Below are positions 31,433 through 39,731 of a DNA stretch of 64,000 nt, one piece after another. The notes below the pieces were generated by a model. It was given only the letters and a program-made list of their open reading frames with translations, had not been told where the DNA came from and did no database searches. The DNA is from Betaproteobacteria bacterium. GTDB taxonomy: Bacteria; Pseudomonadota; Gammaproteobacteria; Burkholderiales; Rhodocyclaceae. The stretch's first letter is position 1. Each line of letters opens with the position of its first letter. Position numbers and translations under genes: made by a program. The DNA lies in NCBI GenBank assembly GCA_016720065.1, contig JADJXY010000002.1, positions 2,520,316 through 2,584,315 of the forward strand, in the 5' to 3' direction.

Positions 31433-32569
31433 TTACTTCGCCAGGGTCACCAGGCCATTGAGCACCTGGTCGAGGCCCCCGAAGACCGAGATGCGGTCGA
31501 TGCGCTCGGCCACCCGCTCCAGGGTTTCCAGTTCCTTCAAACGCAGGGCAACCGGGTTGTCTTCCATCACCTTGGCCGTATTGAGCAACGAACGGGTCGC
31601 CGCCGTTTCTTCGCGCCGACGGATCACGTTCGCTTCGGCGGCCTTGCCCGCCTGCACCACCTGGGCCAGGATGGCCTTCATCTCGCCCGGCAGCACGATG
31701 TCCTTGACCCCGACGCCGCCGATCTCCAGGCCGAAGCCCGCCAGTTTCCGGGCGACGTGGGCGCTCACCGCCTCGTCGATGAGCTGCTTGTTTTCCAGCA
31801 GTTCGTCCAGATTGCGCGTTCCCACCGCCGCCCGCAGGCCGAATTGCAACTCGCGGTAGAGGTGTTCGGCCGGCTTGGCCAGGCGGGCGAAGGCGGTGCT
31901 GACGTCCTCGAAGCGCCAGGTGGCGGCGAGGTTGAGGCGCAGCGCCACCTTGTCGCGGGTGAGGATTTCCTGGCCGCTCACTTCGAGGGACTGCCAGCGC
32001 ATATCCACCAGGTCCACCTGAAGATCACGGTTGAAGCGCCAGTAGGCGGTCACCCCCGGTGCCAGCAGAGGCTGCTGCACGCCGTCGAGCCGCAGCACGC
32101 CGACGTGGGCCGCTGGCACCTGCACGACGAGAACACCGTTCAATCCGAGCACCGGGCGGCCGCGCAGGGCGGGTTGCAAGAGGCGCTTCACCATTGCCCC
32201 CGGCAGCGCGGCGCCCGCGCCCAGATCGAGCTTTTCCAGGCGCTGCGCCACCCCGCCGCGCCAGAAGATGCGGCGGGAAGCCGGGGGCAGCATTTCGACC
32301 AGAACCTCGTTCTCGTAGCGCAGCCCGACTTCGTCCTCGCTCATCTCCATCCACAGGAAGTGGCGTTCTGCCTCGGCCGGATCGTTGCGGCGCAGGGTAT
32401 CGACCAGATCGGTATCCGGCATCGGCGTGTCGGTCTGCCACAGGGCCAGCGACAGCTCGTTGAGCAGGTCGAACCGATAGTGGCGGCCCGGATCGAGGAT
32501 GCACTCGAAGTCGCCGTTTCGCAGCAGGGCGGCCCGTTGGTTCTTCTTCACGATGAAACGCTTCAACAT
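31433..32569 (-). CDS. SPFH/band-7 (stomatin/prohibitin/flotillin-like, slipin) domain protein
   Basis: 378 aa with SPFH core (…GVKDIVLPGEMKAILAQVVQAGKAAEANVIRRREETAATRSLLNTAKVME…); GGGAG RBS. Confidence 0.8.
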   Translation of the reverse strand: MLKRFIVKKNQRAALLRNGDFECILDPGRHYRFDLLNELSLALWQTDTPMPDTDLVDTLRRNDPAEAERHFLWMEMSEDEVGLRYENEVLVEMLPPASRRIFWRGGVAQRLEKLDLGAGAALPGAMVKRLLQPALRGRPVLGLNGVLVVQVPAAHVGVLRLDGVQQPLLAPGVTAYWRFNRDLQVDLVDMRWQSLEVSGQEILTRDKVALRLNLAATWRFEDVSTAFARLAKPAEHLYRELQFGLRAAVGTRNLDELLENKQLIDEAVSAHVARKLAGFGLEIGGVGVKDIVLPGEMKAILAQVVQAGKAAEANVIRRREETAATRSLLNTAKVMEDNPVALRLKELETLERVAERIDRISVFGGLDQVLNGLVTLAK

Positions 32570-32861
32570 GTTCTGCTCCCTTCAATTGCAAATGTCTTCG
32601 TCAACAGCGACGGCTCAACTTGCCGGCTTACGCCGGTCCGGCGGGCACCGTGCCGGGCTCCGGCGGGGGAGCCCCCGGACGGGAGGACGGGGCTGGCGGC
32701 GACCCCTGGCACCGTTGCCAAGGCCGCGCGGCCACTGCCGCCCGACACCGGAGGCCCTGCCGCCGAAGCGAAGCGAAGCGCCGGGCCGAACCGGCGGCGG
32801 GTGCTTGCGCATTCCGCAGCCGGCGGGCACTGCAAAATTCACTGTCGTGAAAGACAGTTCT

Positions 32862-32938
32862 GGAGCGGGATTCGAACCCGCGACCGACCGTTTACAAGAC
32901 GGCTGCTCTACCCGATTGAGCTATCCACAGGTGGGGTT
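32862..32938 (-). tRNA. tRNA-Thr(UGU)-like element with imperfect acceptor stem (possible pseudo-tRNA or tRNA mimic)
   Basis: Minus-strand sequence has D-arm TAGCTCAATCGGGTAGAGC, anticodon stem-loop GCCGT-CTTGTAA-ACGGT (UGU) and T-arm GCGGG-TTCGAAT-CCCGC. Acceptor 3' strand TCCAGAA pairs with only 5/7 of the 5' strand, and no CCA is encoded. Confidence 0.5.
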
Positions 32939-33100
32939 CCGGGAATCGGACCCGGGCGTGCCACCAGGCACCCCGATATCGCTTTCCCGCGACGGCGGCA
33001 TACGGCGGAGCAACCGGAGGATTCCTGACTCCACCGCACCGGCGGGGATGCGATCCCCTGACCCGTCGGCCCTGCCGCAAGTCGGCGATGGCTTCCCTAA

Positions 33101-33117
33101 CGCGAAAGCCGTGCCAG
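33101..33117 (-). promoter_or_regulatory. Candidate sigma54 (-24/-12) promoter for the rtc operon
   Basis: Minus-strand cTGGCACggctttcGCg (GG-N10-GC spacing) ~150 nt divergent from the rtcR start and ~165 nt upstream of the tRNA-like element; -12 region is a weak match to TTGCA. Confidence 0.35.
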
Positions 33118-33266
33118 CCCAAGCAGGCAACCGCAACTCACTGATTTAAAGCTGTTTCGCCAATTCCACCCGGCAAGGTGGCCGAATTATGTGATTTCTC
33201 TGTATAGTCACTTATAAATTTATATACATCGCGATTCGCCGACCAGCGCAACACAGCCAAGCCTCC

Positions 33267-34883
33267 ATGAAAAAAACTGTCGTGATCGGCTTTCTCGGCA
33301 CCCAGCTCGACTACGCCGGCAAGGGCACGGCACGCTGGGACCGGTGGCGGCCCACCGTGGCCCTGTGCCAGCAGGAAAGCCTGCTCGTCCATCGCCTCGA
33401 GGTGATCCACGACCTGCGCAGCCGGAGCCTCGCCGAACGGGTGGGCAACGACATCGCCCGCATTGCGCCGGAGACCGAGTTCAAGCGGGTGGAAATGGAA
33501 CTGCGCGACCCCTGGGATTTCGAGGAGGTCTATACCGCGCTGCACGACTTCGCCCGCGGCTACGCCTTCGATCCGGAAAATGAGGAATACCTCATCCACA
33601 TCACCACCGGCACCCACGTCGCGCAGATCTGCTGGTTCCTGCTCGCCGAGGCGCATTACCTGCCGGCCCGCCTGCTCCAGACGTCGCCGCCGCGCAAAAA
33701 GGATGTCGCCGACAGCATCGGCGGATACGAGATCATCGATCTCGATCTGTCGCGCTATGACCGCATCGCCCAGCGCTTTGCCCGGGAACGCGACGACAGC
33801 GTCTCCTTCCTCAAGTCGGGGATCGCCACGCGCAATCCAGGGTTCAACCGCATGATCGAACAGATCGAGCACGTGGCCGGCCGCTCGCGCGCCCCCATGC
33901 TCCTGGTCGGCCCCACGGGGGCGGGCAAGTCCTTCCTTGCCCGGCGGGTCTTTGAACTCAAGCGCCAGCGGCAGGCATTGACGGGGCGCTTCGTCGAAGT
34001 CAATTGCGCCACCCTGCGCGGCGATTCCGCCATGTCCGCCCTGTTCGGCCACAGCAAGGGCGCCTTCACCGGCGCCCAGCAGGAGCGGCCGGGCCTGCTG
34101 CGGTCCGCCGACGGCGGCCTGCTCTTTCTCGATGAAATCGGCGAACTCGGCCTCGACGAGCAAGCCATGCTGCTCAAGGCCATCGAGGAAAAGCGCTTCT
34201 TTCCCTTCGGCAGCGACCAGGAAGCCAGCAGCGATTTCCAGTTGATCGCCGGCACCCATCGCGACCTGCGCCAGTGGGTGCGCCAGGGCAGGTTCCGCGC
34301 AGACCTCTACGCCCGCATCAACCTATGGACCTTCGACCTGCCGGGCCTCGCCGGCCGGCCCGAGGACATCGAGCCCAATCTCGACTACGAACTGGAACGC
34401 TTCGCCGCCGATCACGGCCAACGGGTGCGCTTCAACAGCGAGGCGCGGCGGCGCTACCTCGCCTTCGCCACCTCGGCCGCAGCGCGCTGGCACGGCAATT
34501 TCCGCGAACTCGGCGCCTCACTGACCCGCCTCGCCACCCTGGCCGCCGCCGGACGCATCACCGAGCCCGACGTGGCCGACGAAATCGCCCGACTCACCGC
34601 CACCTGGGCTGAGGAGCCGAGCGGCGACGCCAGCGCGGAAATCCTTGGCGCCGACGCGGAAGCCCTCGACCTCTTCGATCGCAGCCAGTTGAACACCGTG
34701 ATCGCCGTCTGCCGCGCCAGCGTCAGCCTGTCCGAGGCCGGTCGCCGCCTGTTCGCCGTCTCCCGGGCGGAAAAGAAGCAGCGCAACGATGCCGACCGCC
34801 TGCGCAAGTACCTGGCCCGCTTCGGCCTCACCTTCGACACGCTGCGCAAACCCGCCGCGAGCGCCCGGCAAGTTCCTTCATGA
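33267..34883 (+). CDS. rtcR: Sigma54-dependent transcriptional regulator RtcR (CARF domain + AAA+ sigma54-activation domain + HTH)
   Basis: 538 aa; N-terminal CARF-like domain typical of RtcR, central Walker A GPTGAGKS, GAFTGA motif (HSKGAFTGAQ), ESELFGH-like region; divergent from the rtcBA operon. Confidence 0.9.
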   Translation: MKKTVVIGFLGTQLDYAGKGTARWDRWRPTVALCQQESLLVHRLEVIHDLRSRSLAERVGNDIARIAPETEFKRVEMELRDPWDFEEVYTALHDFARGYAFDPENEEYLIHITTGTHVAQICWFLLAEAHYLPARLLQTSPPRKKDVADSIGGYEIIDLDLSRYDRIAQRFARERDDSVSFLKSGIATRNPGFNRMIEQIEHVAGRSRAPMLLVGPTGAGKSFLARRVFELKRQRQALTGRFVEVNCATLRGDSAMSALFGHSKGAFTGAQQERPGLLRSADGGLLFLDEIGELGLDEQAMLLKAIEEKRFFPFGSDQEASSDFQLIAGTHRDLRQWVRQGRFRADLYARINLWTFDLPGLAGRPEDIEPNLDYELERFAADHGQRVRFNSEARRRYLAFATSAAARWHGNFRELGASLTRLATLAAAGRITEPDVADEIARLTATWAEEPSGDASAEILGADAEALDLFDRSQLNTVIAVCRASVSLSEAGRRLFAVSRAEKKQRNDADRLRKYLARFGLTFDTLRKPAASARQVPS

Positions 34884-36832
34884 GCGGTTTCGTGGCGTTC
34901 GCCGGCGCGCCCCCTCCCGGGTATCATTTCACCCCCCTCTCGGACACCGCCATGAGAACTTCCCCCGACCTCGACTGGTACAACGCCGTCGAACATCTCT
35001 GCCACGCTTCTGCCGGCCACCTCCTGGCCGGCATCGCGTTTCCCGAATTCCGCAACCGGGTGGAACTGCTGGTGGGGCCGCTCTTCGACCAGCTTCCCCT
35101 GGGACAGGCGGCCCGCGTGCCGGAAATCATTCGCGCCCTCGCCACCCAGGCGGCCCTGGAAATCTGGAACGCCACGCCGATTCCGGCCAATCGCTTCCGC
35201 CCGCTGAAAATCGCCAAGCCGGAGCGCAACGCGCCCTGCCCCTGCGCCTCCGGCCGCAAGTACAAGCAGTGCTGCGGTGCTGTCCCGCCCCCGAGCCTGG
35301 GCATCCGGGAGGAAACGATGCTCGCCCAGGTCATCGCGCACTGGCCGAGAAAGCGGCTGGGCGAACTGCCCCTGGCGGAGCTTCATCCCGAAAGCCTCGC
35401 CCTGGTCGCGCTGGACTGGCAGGAAGAGGGCAGCGACATGGACGCCATCGCGCTGCTGGAAGCCCTCTTCACCCATCTGCCCAAACTCGACGGCCGCGCA
35501 GAACACGCGGCGGACGTTCTCCTCGACCTCTACGGGGACGGCAGCAAATCGCGCAAGAAGCTGGCCTTTCTCGAACAACTCAAGGCGGCTCCCGACAAGA
35601 CCCTGCGCTCGACCGCCTGGCAGCGCCAGGCCACGCTGGCCTGCGACCGCGGCGAGGTGACCGCCGCCTGGGCAGCCTTTGGCGAAGCCCAGCGCCTGAC
35701 CCCCAACGCCCCTGCCCTCTCGCACCTCGAAGTGCTGCTCCTGCTCAGCGAGGGTCGGCGCACCGAGGCCAGGGCCCGGGCCGATTTCTGGTGCGCCCGC
35801 CTGGCCCGCGACGGCAAGTTCGACCACAGCAGCCTTATCGACACCCTGCGCGACATGGTCTCCGACGACGACGAAGCCCGCCTGCGCAACCTCGCCCTCA
35901 TGGACGATCCCCTGGGCGACGTAGCCGACATTTCCGGCGACTGGACGGCCCCCGCCTGCCATTACACCCTGGCCGGGGGCGCGGTCCTGCAGGCCAAGGC
36001 TCCCCTGGCCCGCGTCGAGAAGGCCTGGGACGAAGCCTTCGACCCCCATGACCCGGAGTCTGACGGCTGGATCGATCTGCTGGAAGACGAGCCTCTCGCT
36101 GCCCAATCCTTCCTGGTCTTGCGCGATCTGGTCGAGTGGGCGCTGGACATCCCGACCATGCCCCCGGGAGGCAATATTGTCCTGGCGTGGAAACTGCTCG
36201 AGCGGGCCGAGGCGCTTCGCCGCACGGTCCTCGCCCGCCTCAAGGCCGAAGACCGCGAACTTCCCTGGGGCCACCTCGAAAACCGCCCCCTGCTCACCCT
36301 GGCCGCCATTCGGGTCACGGAATTTGCCAACCGCAATCCGGAGGAGACCCTGGAACTCCTGCGCTGGTCGGTCCTCGTCGCCAACCCCAACGACAACACG
36401 GGACTGCGCGAAATCCTGATTCACCGCCTGGCCGCCGAGGGTCACGGTGGTGAAGCCGTGGCGATCGCCGAACGCTATCCGCATGACCTGGCCTTCGTCG
36501 ATTATGGGCGTGTCCTTGCCTACCACGCCGCCGGGCGTCTGGACGAAGCCGCCGTAGCCCTCTCCCAGGCCATCACGCGCTGGCCCAAGGTGTGGCAGAC
36601 CCTCAATGCCGCCAGACCGCGCAAGCCCAAGCTCGAATTCATGGGATTTTGCTCCGGCGGCGACGACGAAGCCTGGATTTACCGCGAGGAGCGCCTGGAG
36701 CAGTGGCGCCAGAGCGGCGCCCTGCGCTGGGCCGTCGGGCTGAAGGTCGCCCAGCCCCCCGCCCGGCAGTCGTCCCGCAGGAAGCGCGTTGCCGTCCCCA
36801 CGCAGGCGGAACTTCCCGGACTGGACGACTGA
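34880..36832 (+). CDS. SEC-C metal-binding motif protein (hypothetical), translationally coupled to rtcR
   Basis: 650 aa; SEC-C/YecA-type zinc motif NAPCPCASGRKYKQCCG; start ATG overlaps the rtcR stop (ATGA at 34880-34883). Confidence 0.6.
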   Translation: MSGFVAFAGAPPPGYHFTPLSDTAMRTSPDLDWYNAVEHLCHASAGHLLAGIAFPEFRNRVELLVGPLFDQLPLGQAARVPEIIRALATQAALEIWNATPIPANRFRPLKIAKPERNAPCPCASGRKYKQCCGAVPPPSLGIREETMLAQVIAHWPRKRLGELPLAELHPESLALVALDWQEEGSDMDAIALLEALFTHLPKLDGRAEHAADVLLDLYGDGSKSRKKLAFLEQLKAAPDKTLRSTAWQRQATLACDRGEVTAAWAAFGEAQRLTPNAPALSHLEVLLLLSEGRRTEARARADFWCARLARDGKFDHSSLIDTLRDMVSDDDEARLRNLALMDDPLGDVADISGDWTAPACHYTLAGGAVLQAKAPLARVEKAWDEAFDPHDPESDGWIDLLEDEPLAAQSFLVLRDLVEWALDIPTMPPGGNIVLAWKLLERAEALRRTVLARLKAEDRELPWGHLENRPLLTLAAIRVTEFANRNPEETLELLRWSVLVANPNDNTGLREILIHRLAAEGHGGEAVAIAERYPHDLAFVDYGRVLAYHAAGRLDEAAVALSQAITRWPKVWQTLNAARPRKPKLEFMGFCSGGDDEAWIYREERLEQWRQSGALRWAVGLKVAQPPARQSSRRKRVAVPTQAELPGLDD

Positions 36833-36921
36833 GCGCCGGTGAAAATTCCCTTCGACGGGACGCAGGTGGGGCATGTCGAAGGAAGCGCGGATGTTCAGCG
36901 GTCCTCTACTCGGCTGCCAGG

Positions 36922-37059
36922 ACTACGGCCGCGACGGCAACGGCTCCGGCCAGGGGCGCGGGGTATGGACCACGAGCAGAATCTCGACCTCCTCGCCGCG
37001 CTGCCGGTAAGCAATGATGGAGCGGAAACGTACGCTGACCAGTTCGCGGGTTCCCGGCA
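36922..37059 (-). pseudogene. Remnant of a RelE/ParE-family toxin gene (C-terminal 45 codons only)
   Basis: Minus-strand frame encodes ...GTRELVSVRFRSIIAYRQRGEEVEILLVVHTPRPWP..*, resembling RelE/ParE C-termini (Y-R...EVEILRV.H); no start codon or antitoxin partner. Confidence 0.3.
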
Positions 37060-37144
37060 ATCACCCCAGGCGAGCACGCTGCAATCCCCTTGGCAAGGGC
37101 AACTCGTTCAATTGATATGACCGGCAGCGGAAGTTACGCTTCTT

Positions 37145-38449
37145 TCAACCGCCCCCCAGCCGCCGCACCGCCAGCCCCTGGCGTCCAAAATGCTCGATCA
37201 ACTCCTCCTGGTGGGTGGCATCGCGGGTTTCCATCTGCAGGATGATCTCGGTCATGCCGACGGGAACATGCAATTCCCCCCTTCGGTGCTCGACGTGGCG
37301 AACGTTCATGCCGTGCTCGGCCACCAGCCCGAGGATGCCGGCCAGGCGGCCCGGGGTGTCGGGGACGCGCACGGCGATGCTCAACAACCGGCCGCTGCTG
37401 GCCAGACCATAGTCGATGCTGCGGCCGATGAGGGTCATGTCGGCGTTGCCGCCGCTGATCACCACCACGGTCGGGCGGTCGGCGGCCAGGGGCACCAGGC
37501 CGCGCATGAGGGCGGCGAGGCCGACGGCGCCGGCCCCTTCGCCCAGGGTGCGGGTGCGCTCCAGGAGTCGCACCATGGCTTCGGCGATGGCCTCGTCGTC
37601 CACGGTGACGATGGCGTCCACGTGCCTGGCGATGACCTGGCGGGTGAGCCGGCCCGGCAGCTTGACGCGGATGCCGTCGGCGATGGTGTGGGCGTCGGCC
37701 GGCACCGGGTCGATGCCGCCATCGGCCAGGAAGTGCCGCCAGGGGGCGACGGCGTCGGTCTGGACCCCCACCAGGCGGACGTCCGGCCGTTGCAGCTTGA
37801 CCGCCAGGGCGATGCCGGCCAGCAGCCCGCCCCCGCCCAGGGGGACGACGATCTGGGCCGTCTCCGGCAGGGCTTCGAGGATTTCCAGGCCGACACTCGC
37901 CTGACCGGCGATGATTTCCCAGTCGTCGTAGGCGTGGATGAGGCTGGCGCCGCTCTGGGCGGCAATGGCCTCGGCGACCCGCCGCGCCTCTTCCAGATTG
38001 CTCCCCTCCAGTACGACCTTCGCCCCCAGGCTGCGACAGGCCTCGATCTTGGTCAGGGGCGCGTCGAGCGGCATGACGACGGTAGCCGCCAGCCCCGCCT
38101 CCCGGGCGGCCCGCGCCACACCCTGGGCATGGTTCCCGGCAGAAGCCGCCACCACGCCGCTGCCGCCCTCGCCCCGCCCCAACAGGCAGGCGATCTTGTG
38201 AGCAGCGCCGCGCAGCTTGAAGGACCCGGTACGCTGGAGGTTTTCCAGCTTGAGGTGGATGGGGGCGCCAAATTCCCGCGCCAGCGGTTCGTTGCCCCAC
38301 AGGGGCGTGGTCAGCACGGTCCCGGAGATCGACTGGCGGGCTGCGCGGAGCGCAGGCAGGTCGGGCAATGCGGCAAGAGCAGGCATGGTCACTTCCGGCA
38401 CGAGGACGTGCAGCAAGCGTAAATCCTTTGCCGCCGCAGATAAAGGCAT
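37145..38449 (-). CDS. Threonine ammonia-lyase (threonine dehydratase), PLP-dependent with C-terminal ACT-like domain
   Basis: PLP-lysine motif (GSFKLRGA), TTPLW, Gly-rich loop (GGGGLLAGIA), C-terminal regulatory domain. Start ambiguous (38449 or 38386); longer upstream extension rejected. Confidence 0.8.
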   Translation of the reverse strand: MPLSAAAKDLRLLHVLVPEVTMPALAALPDLPALRAARQSISGTVLTTPLWGNEPLAREFGAPIHLKLENLQRTGSFKLRGAAHKIACLLGRGEGGSGVVAASAGNHAQGVARAAREAGLAATVVMPLDAPLTKIEACRSLGAKVVLEGSNLEEARRVAEAIAAQSGASLIHAYDDWEIIAGQASVGLEILEALPETAQIVVPLGGGGLLAGIALAVKLQRPDVRLVGVQTDAVAPWRHFLADGGIDPVPADAHTIADGIRVKLPGRLTRQVIARHVDAIVTVDDEAIAEAMVRLLERTRTLGEGAGAVGLAALMRGLVPLAADRPTVVVISGGNADMTLIGRSIDYGLASSGRLLSIAVRVPDTPGRLAGILGLVAEHGMNVRHVEHRRGELHVPVGMTEIILQMETRDATHQEELIEHFGRQGLAVRRLGGG

Positions 38450-38732
38450 GGCGGATCGTCGACAATGGCGCTTTTCTCCTGCAGGCCACCCCATGGATTG
38501 CCGCCCCGGCTGCGCAGCCTGCTGCATTGCCCCCTCCATCAGCTCCCTGCACAAGCCGGCGGGAGACCCCTGCCCACATCTCGACGCGGCCTTGCGCTGC
38601 GGACTCTTCGGCCGGCCGGAACGCCCGGCCTGCTGCTCCGGGCTGCAGCCCTCGCCCGAAATGTGCGGCACGTCCCGGGAATACGCCCTCGGCTGGCTGC
38701 AGGCGCTGGAGACGGCAACGCATCCGGGATAG
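38448..38732 (+). CDS. YkgJ-family CxxCxxCC zinc/iron-chelating domain protein (UPF0153-like)
   Basis: Small ORF with CRPGCAACCIAPS motif; upstream part of the long ORF frame is likely non-coding. Start uncertain (38448 or 38496). Confidence 0.45.
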   Translation: MADRRQWRFSPAGHPMDCRPGCAACCIAPSISSLHKPAGDPCPHLDAALRCGLFGRPERPACCSGLQPSPEMCGTSREYALGWLQALETATHPG

Positions 38733-38759
38733 AATGCCGCCTCCCCGAACGGAGCCCCC

Positions 38760-39584
38760 ATGGATCCCCTGCTGCTGCTCAAGGCCCTCATTCTCGGCAT
38801 CGTCGAGGGGCTGACCGAATTCCTCCCGGTGTCGTCCACCGGCCATCTGATCATCGTGGGCAGCCTGCTGGGATACACGGACGAGCAGAGCAAGGTATTC
38901 AAGATCGTCGTTCAGCTCGGCGCCATCCTCGCAGTCTGCTGGGACTTCCGCGAGCGCATCGGCAAGGCCCTGGGCGGCCTGGGGTCCGACCCGGTCCAGC
39001 AACGTTTTGCCGGCCTGCTGGTCGTCGGCTTCCTGCCGGCGGCAGTGCTGGGACTTCTGTTTCACAGTGCCATCAAGACGCATCTGTTCAATCCCTTGAC
39101 GGTGGCAGCGGCCCTGATCTGCGGCGGCTTCCTGATCCTGTTCATCGAACGCAAGGCCTATCACCCCCGGGTCACCAGCGTCGAAGACATGACGTGGCAA
39201 GACGCCCTCAAGGTCGGCTTCGCCCAGGCCGCGGCCATGTTCCCCGGCGTTTCCCGCTCGGGGGCGACCATCATGGGCGGCCTGATTTTCGGACTGTCGC
39301 GCAAGACGGCTACCGAGTTTTCCTTCTTCCTGGCCATCCCGACCATGTTCGCGGCGACCACCTACGACGTCTACAAGAACTGGCAACTGCTGCGCCTGGC
39401 CGACCTGCCGGTCTTCGCCGTCGGCTTCGTCGCCTCCTTCGTCGCCGCCATGCTGACGGTCAAGGCCCTGCTGCGTTATGTCTCGCATCACGATTTCACC
39501 GTCTTCGCCTGGTACCGCATCGCCTTCGGCCTCCTCGTACTGGCCACCTGGCAGTTGGGCTGGGTCGAGTGGGCCGCCCGTTGA
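38760..39584 (+). CDS. uppP: Undecaprenyl-diphosphate phosphatase
   Basis: 274 aa, 8-TM BacA/UppP family with conserved [13 protein letters not shown] and [10 protein letters not shown] motifs. Confidence 0.9.
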   Translation: MDPLLLLKALILGIVEGLTEFLPVSSTGHLIIVGSLLGYTDEQSKVFKIVVQLGAILAVCWDFRERIGKALGGLGSDPVQQRFAGLLVVGFLPAAVLGLLFHSAIKTHLFNPLTVAAALICGGFLILFIERKAYHPRVTSVEDMTWQDALKVGFAQAAAMFPGVSRSGATIMGGLIFGLSRKTATEFSFFLAIPTMFAATTYDVYKNWQLLRLADLPVFAVGFVASFVAAMLTVKALLRYVSHHDFTVFAWYRIAFGLLVLATWQLGWVEWAAR

Positions 39585-39731
39585 GCGGCGGACGACGCTG
39601 TCGGAGAATTTGACACGGCGTCCTGGAGGGCAAGCCTGGCCCGGGCGGGAAGATACTCAAAATCAGTAACCTGTGGCACATGGCATGAATATGGCTAGGC
39701 ATTCCGCACCGCAATGCCAACCGGAGATCTC

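Noticed and set aside
32862-32938. Calling this a bona fide functional tRNA-Thr gene, or a tRNA-borne integrase att site
   Set aside because: The acceptor stem has two mismatches and no integrase or transposase is nearby. Kept as a tRNA-like element with uncertain status rather than a canonical tRNA or a genomic-island boundary.
36839-37120. 93-aa + ORF and 60-aa - ORF between the SEC-C gene and threonine dehydratase
   Set aside because: No coding signal; the region is better explained by the RelE/ParE-like remnant in another frame.
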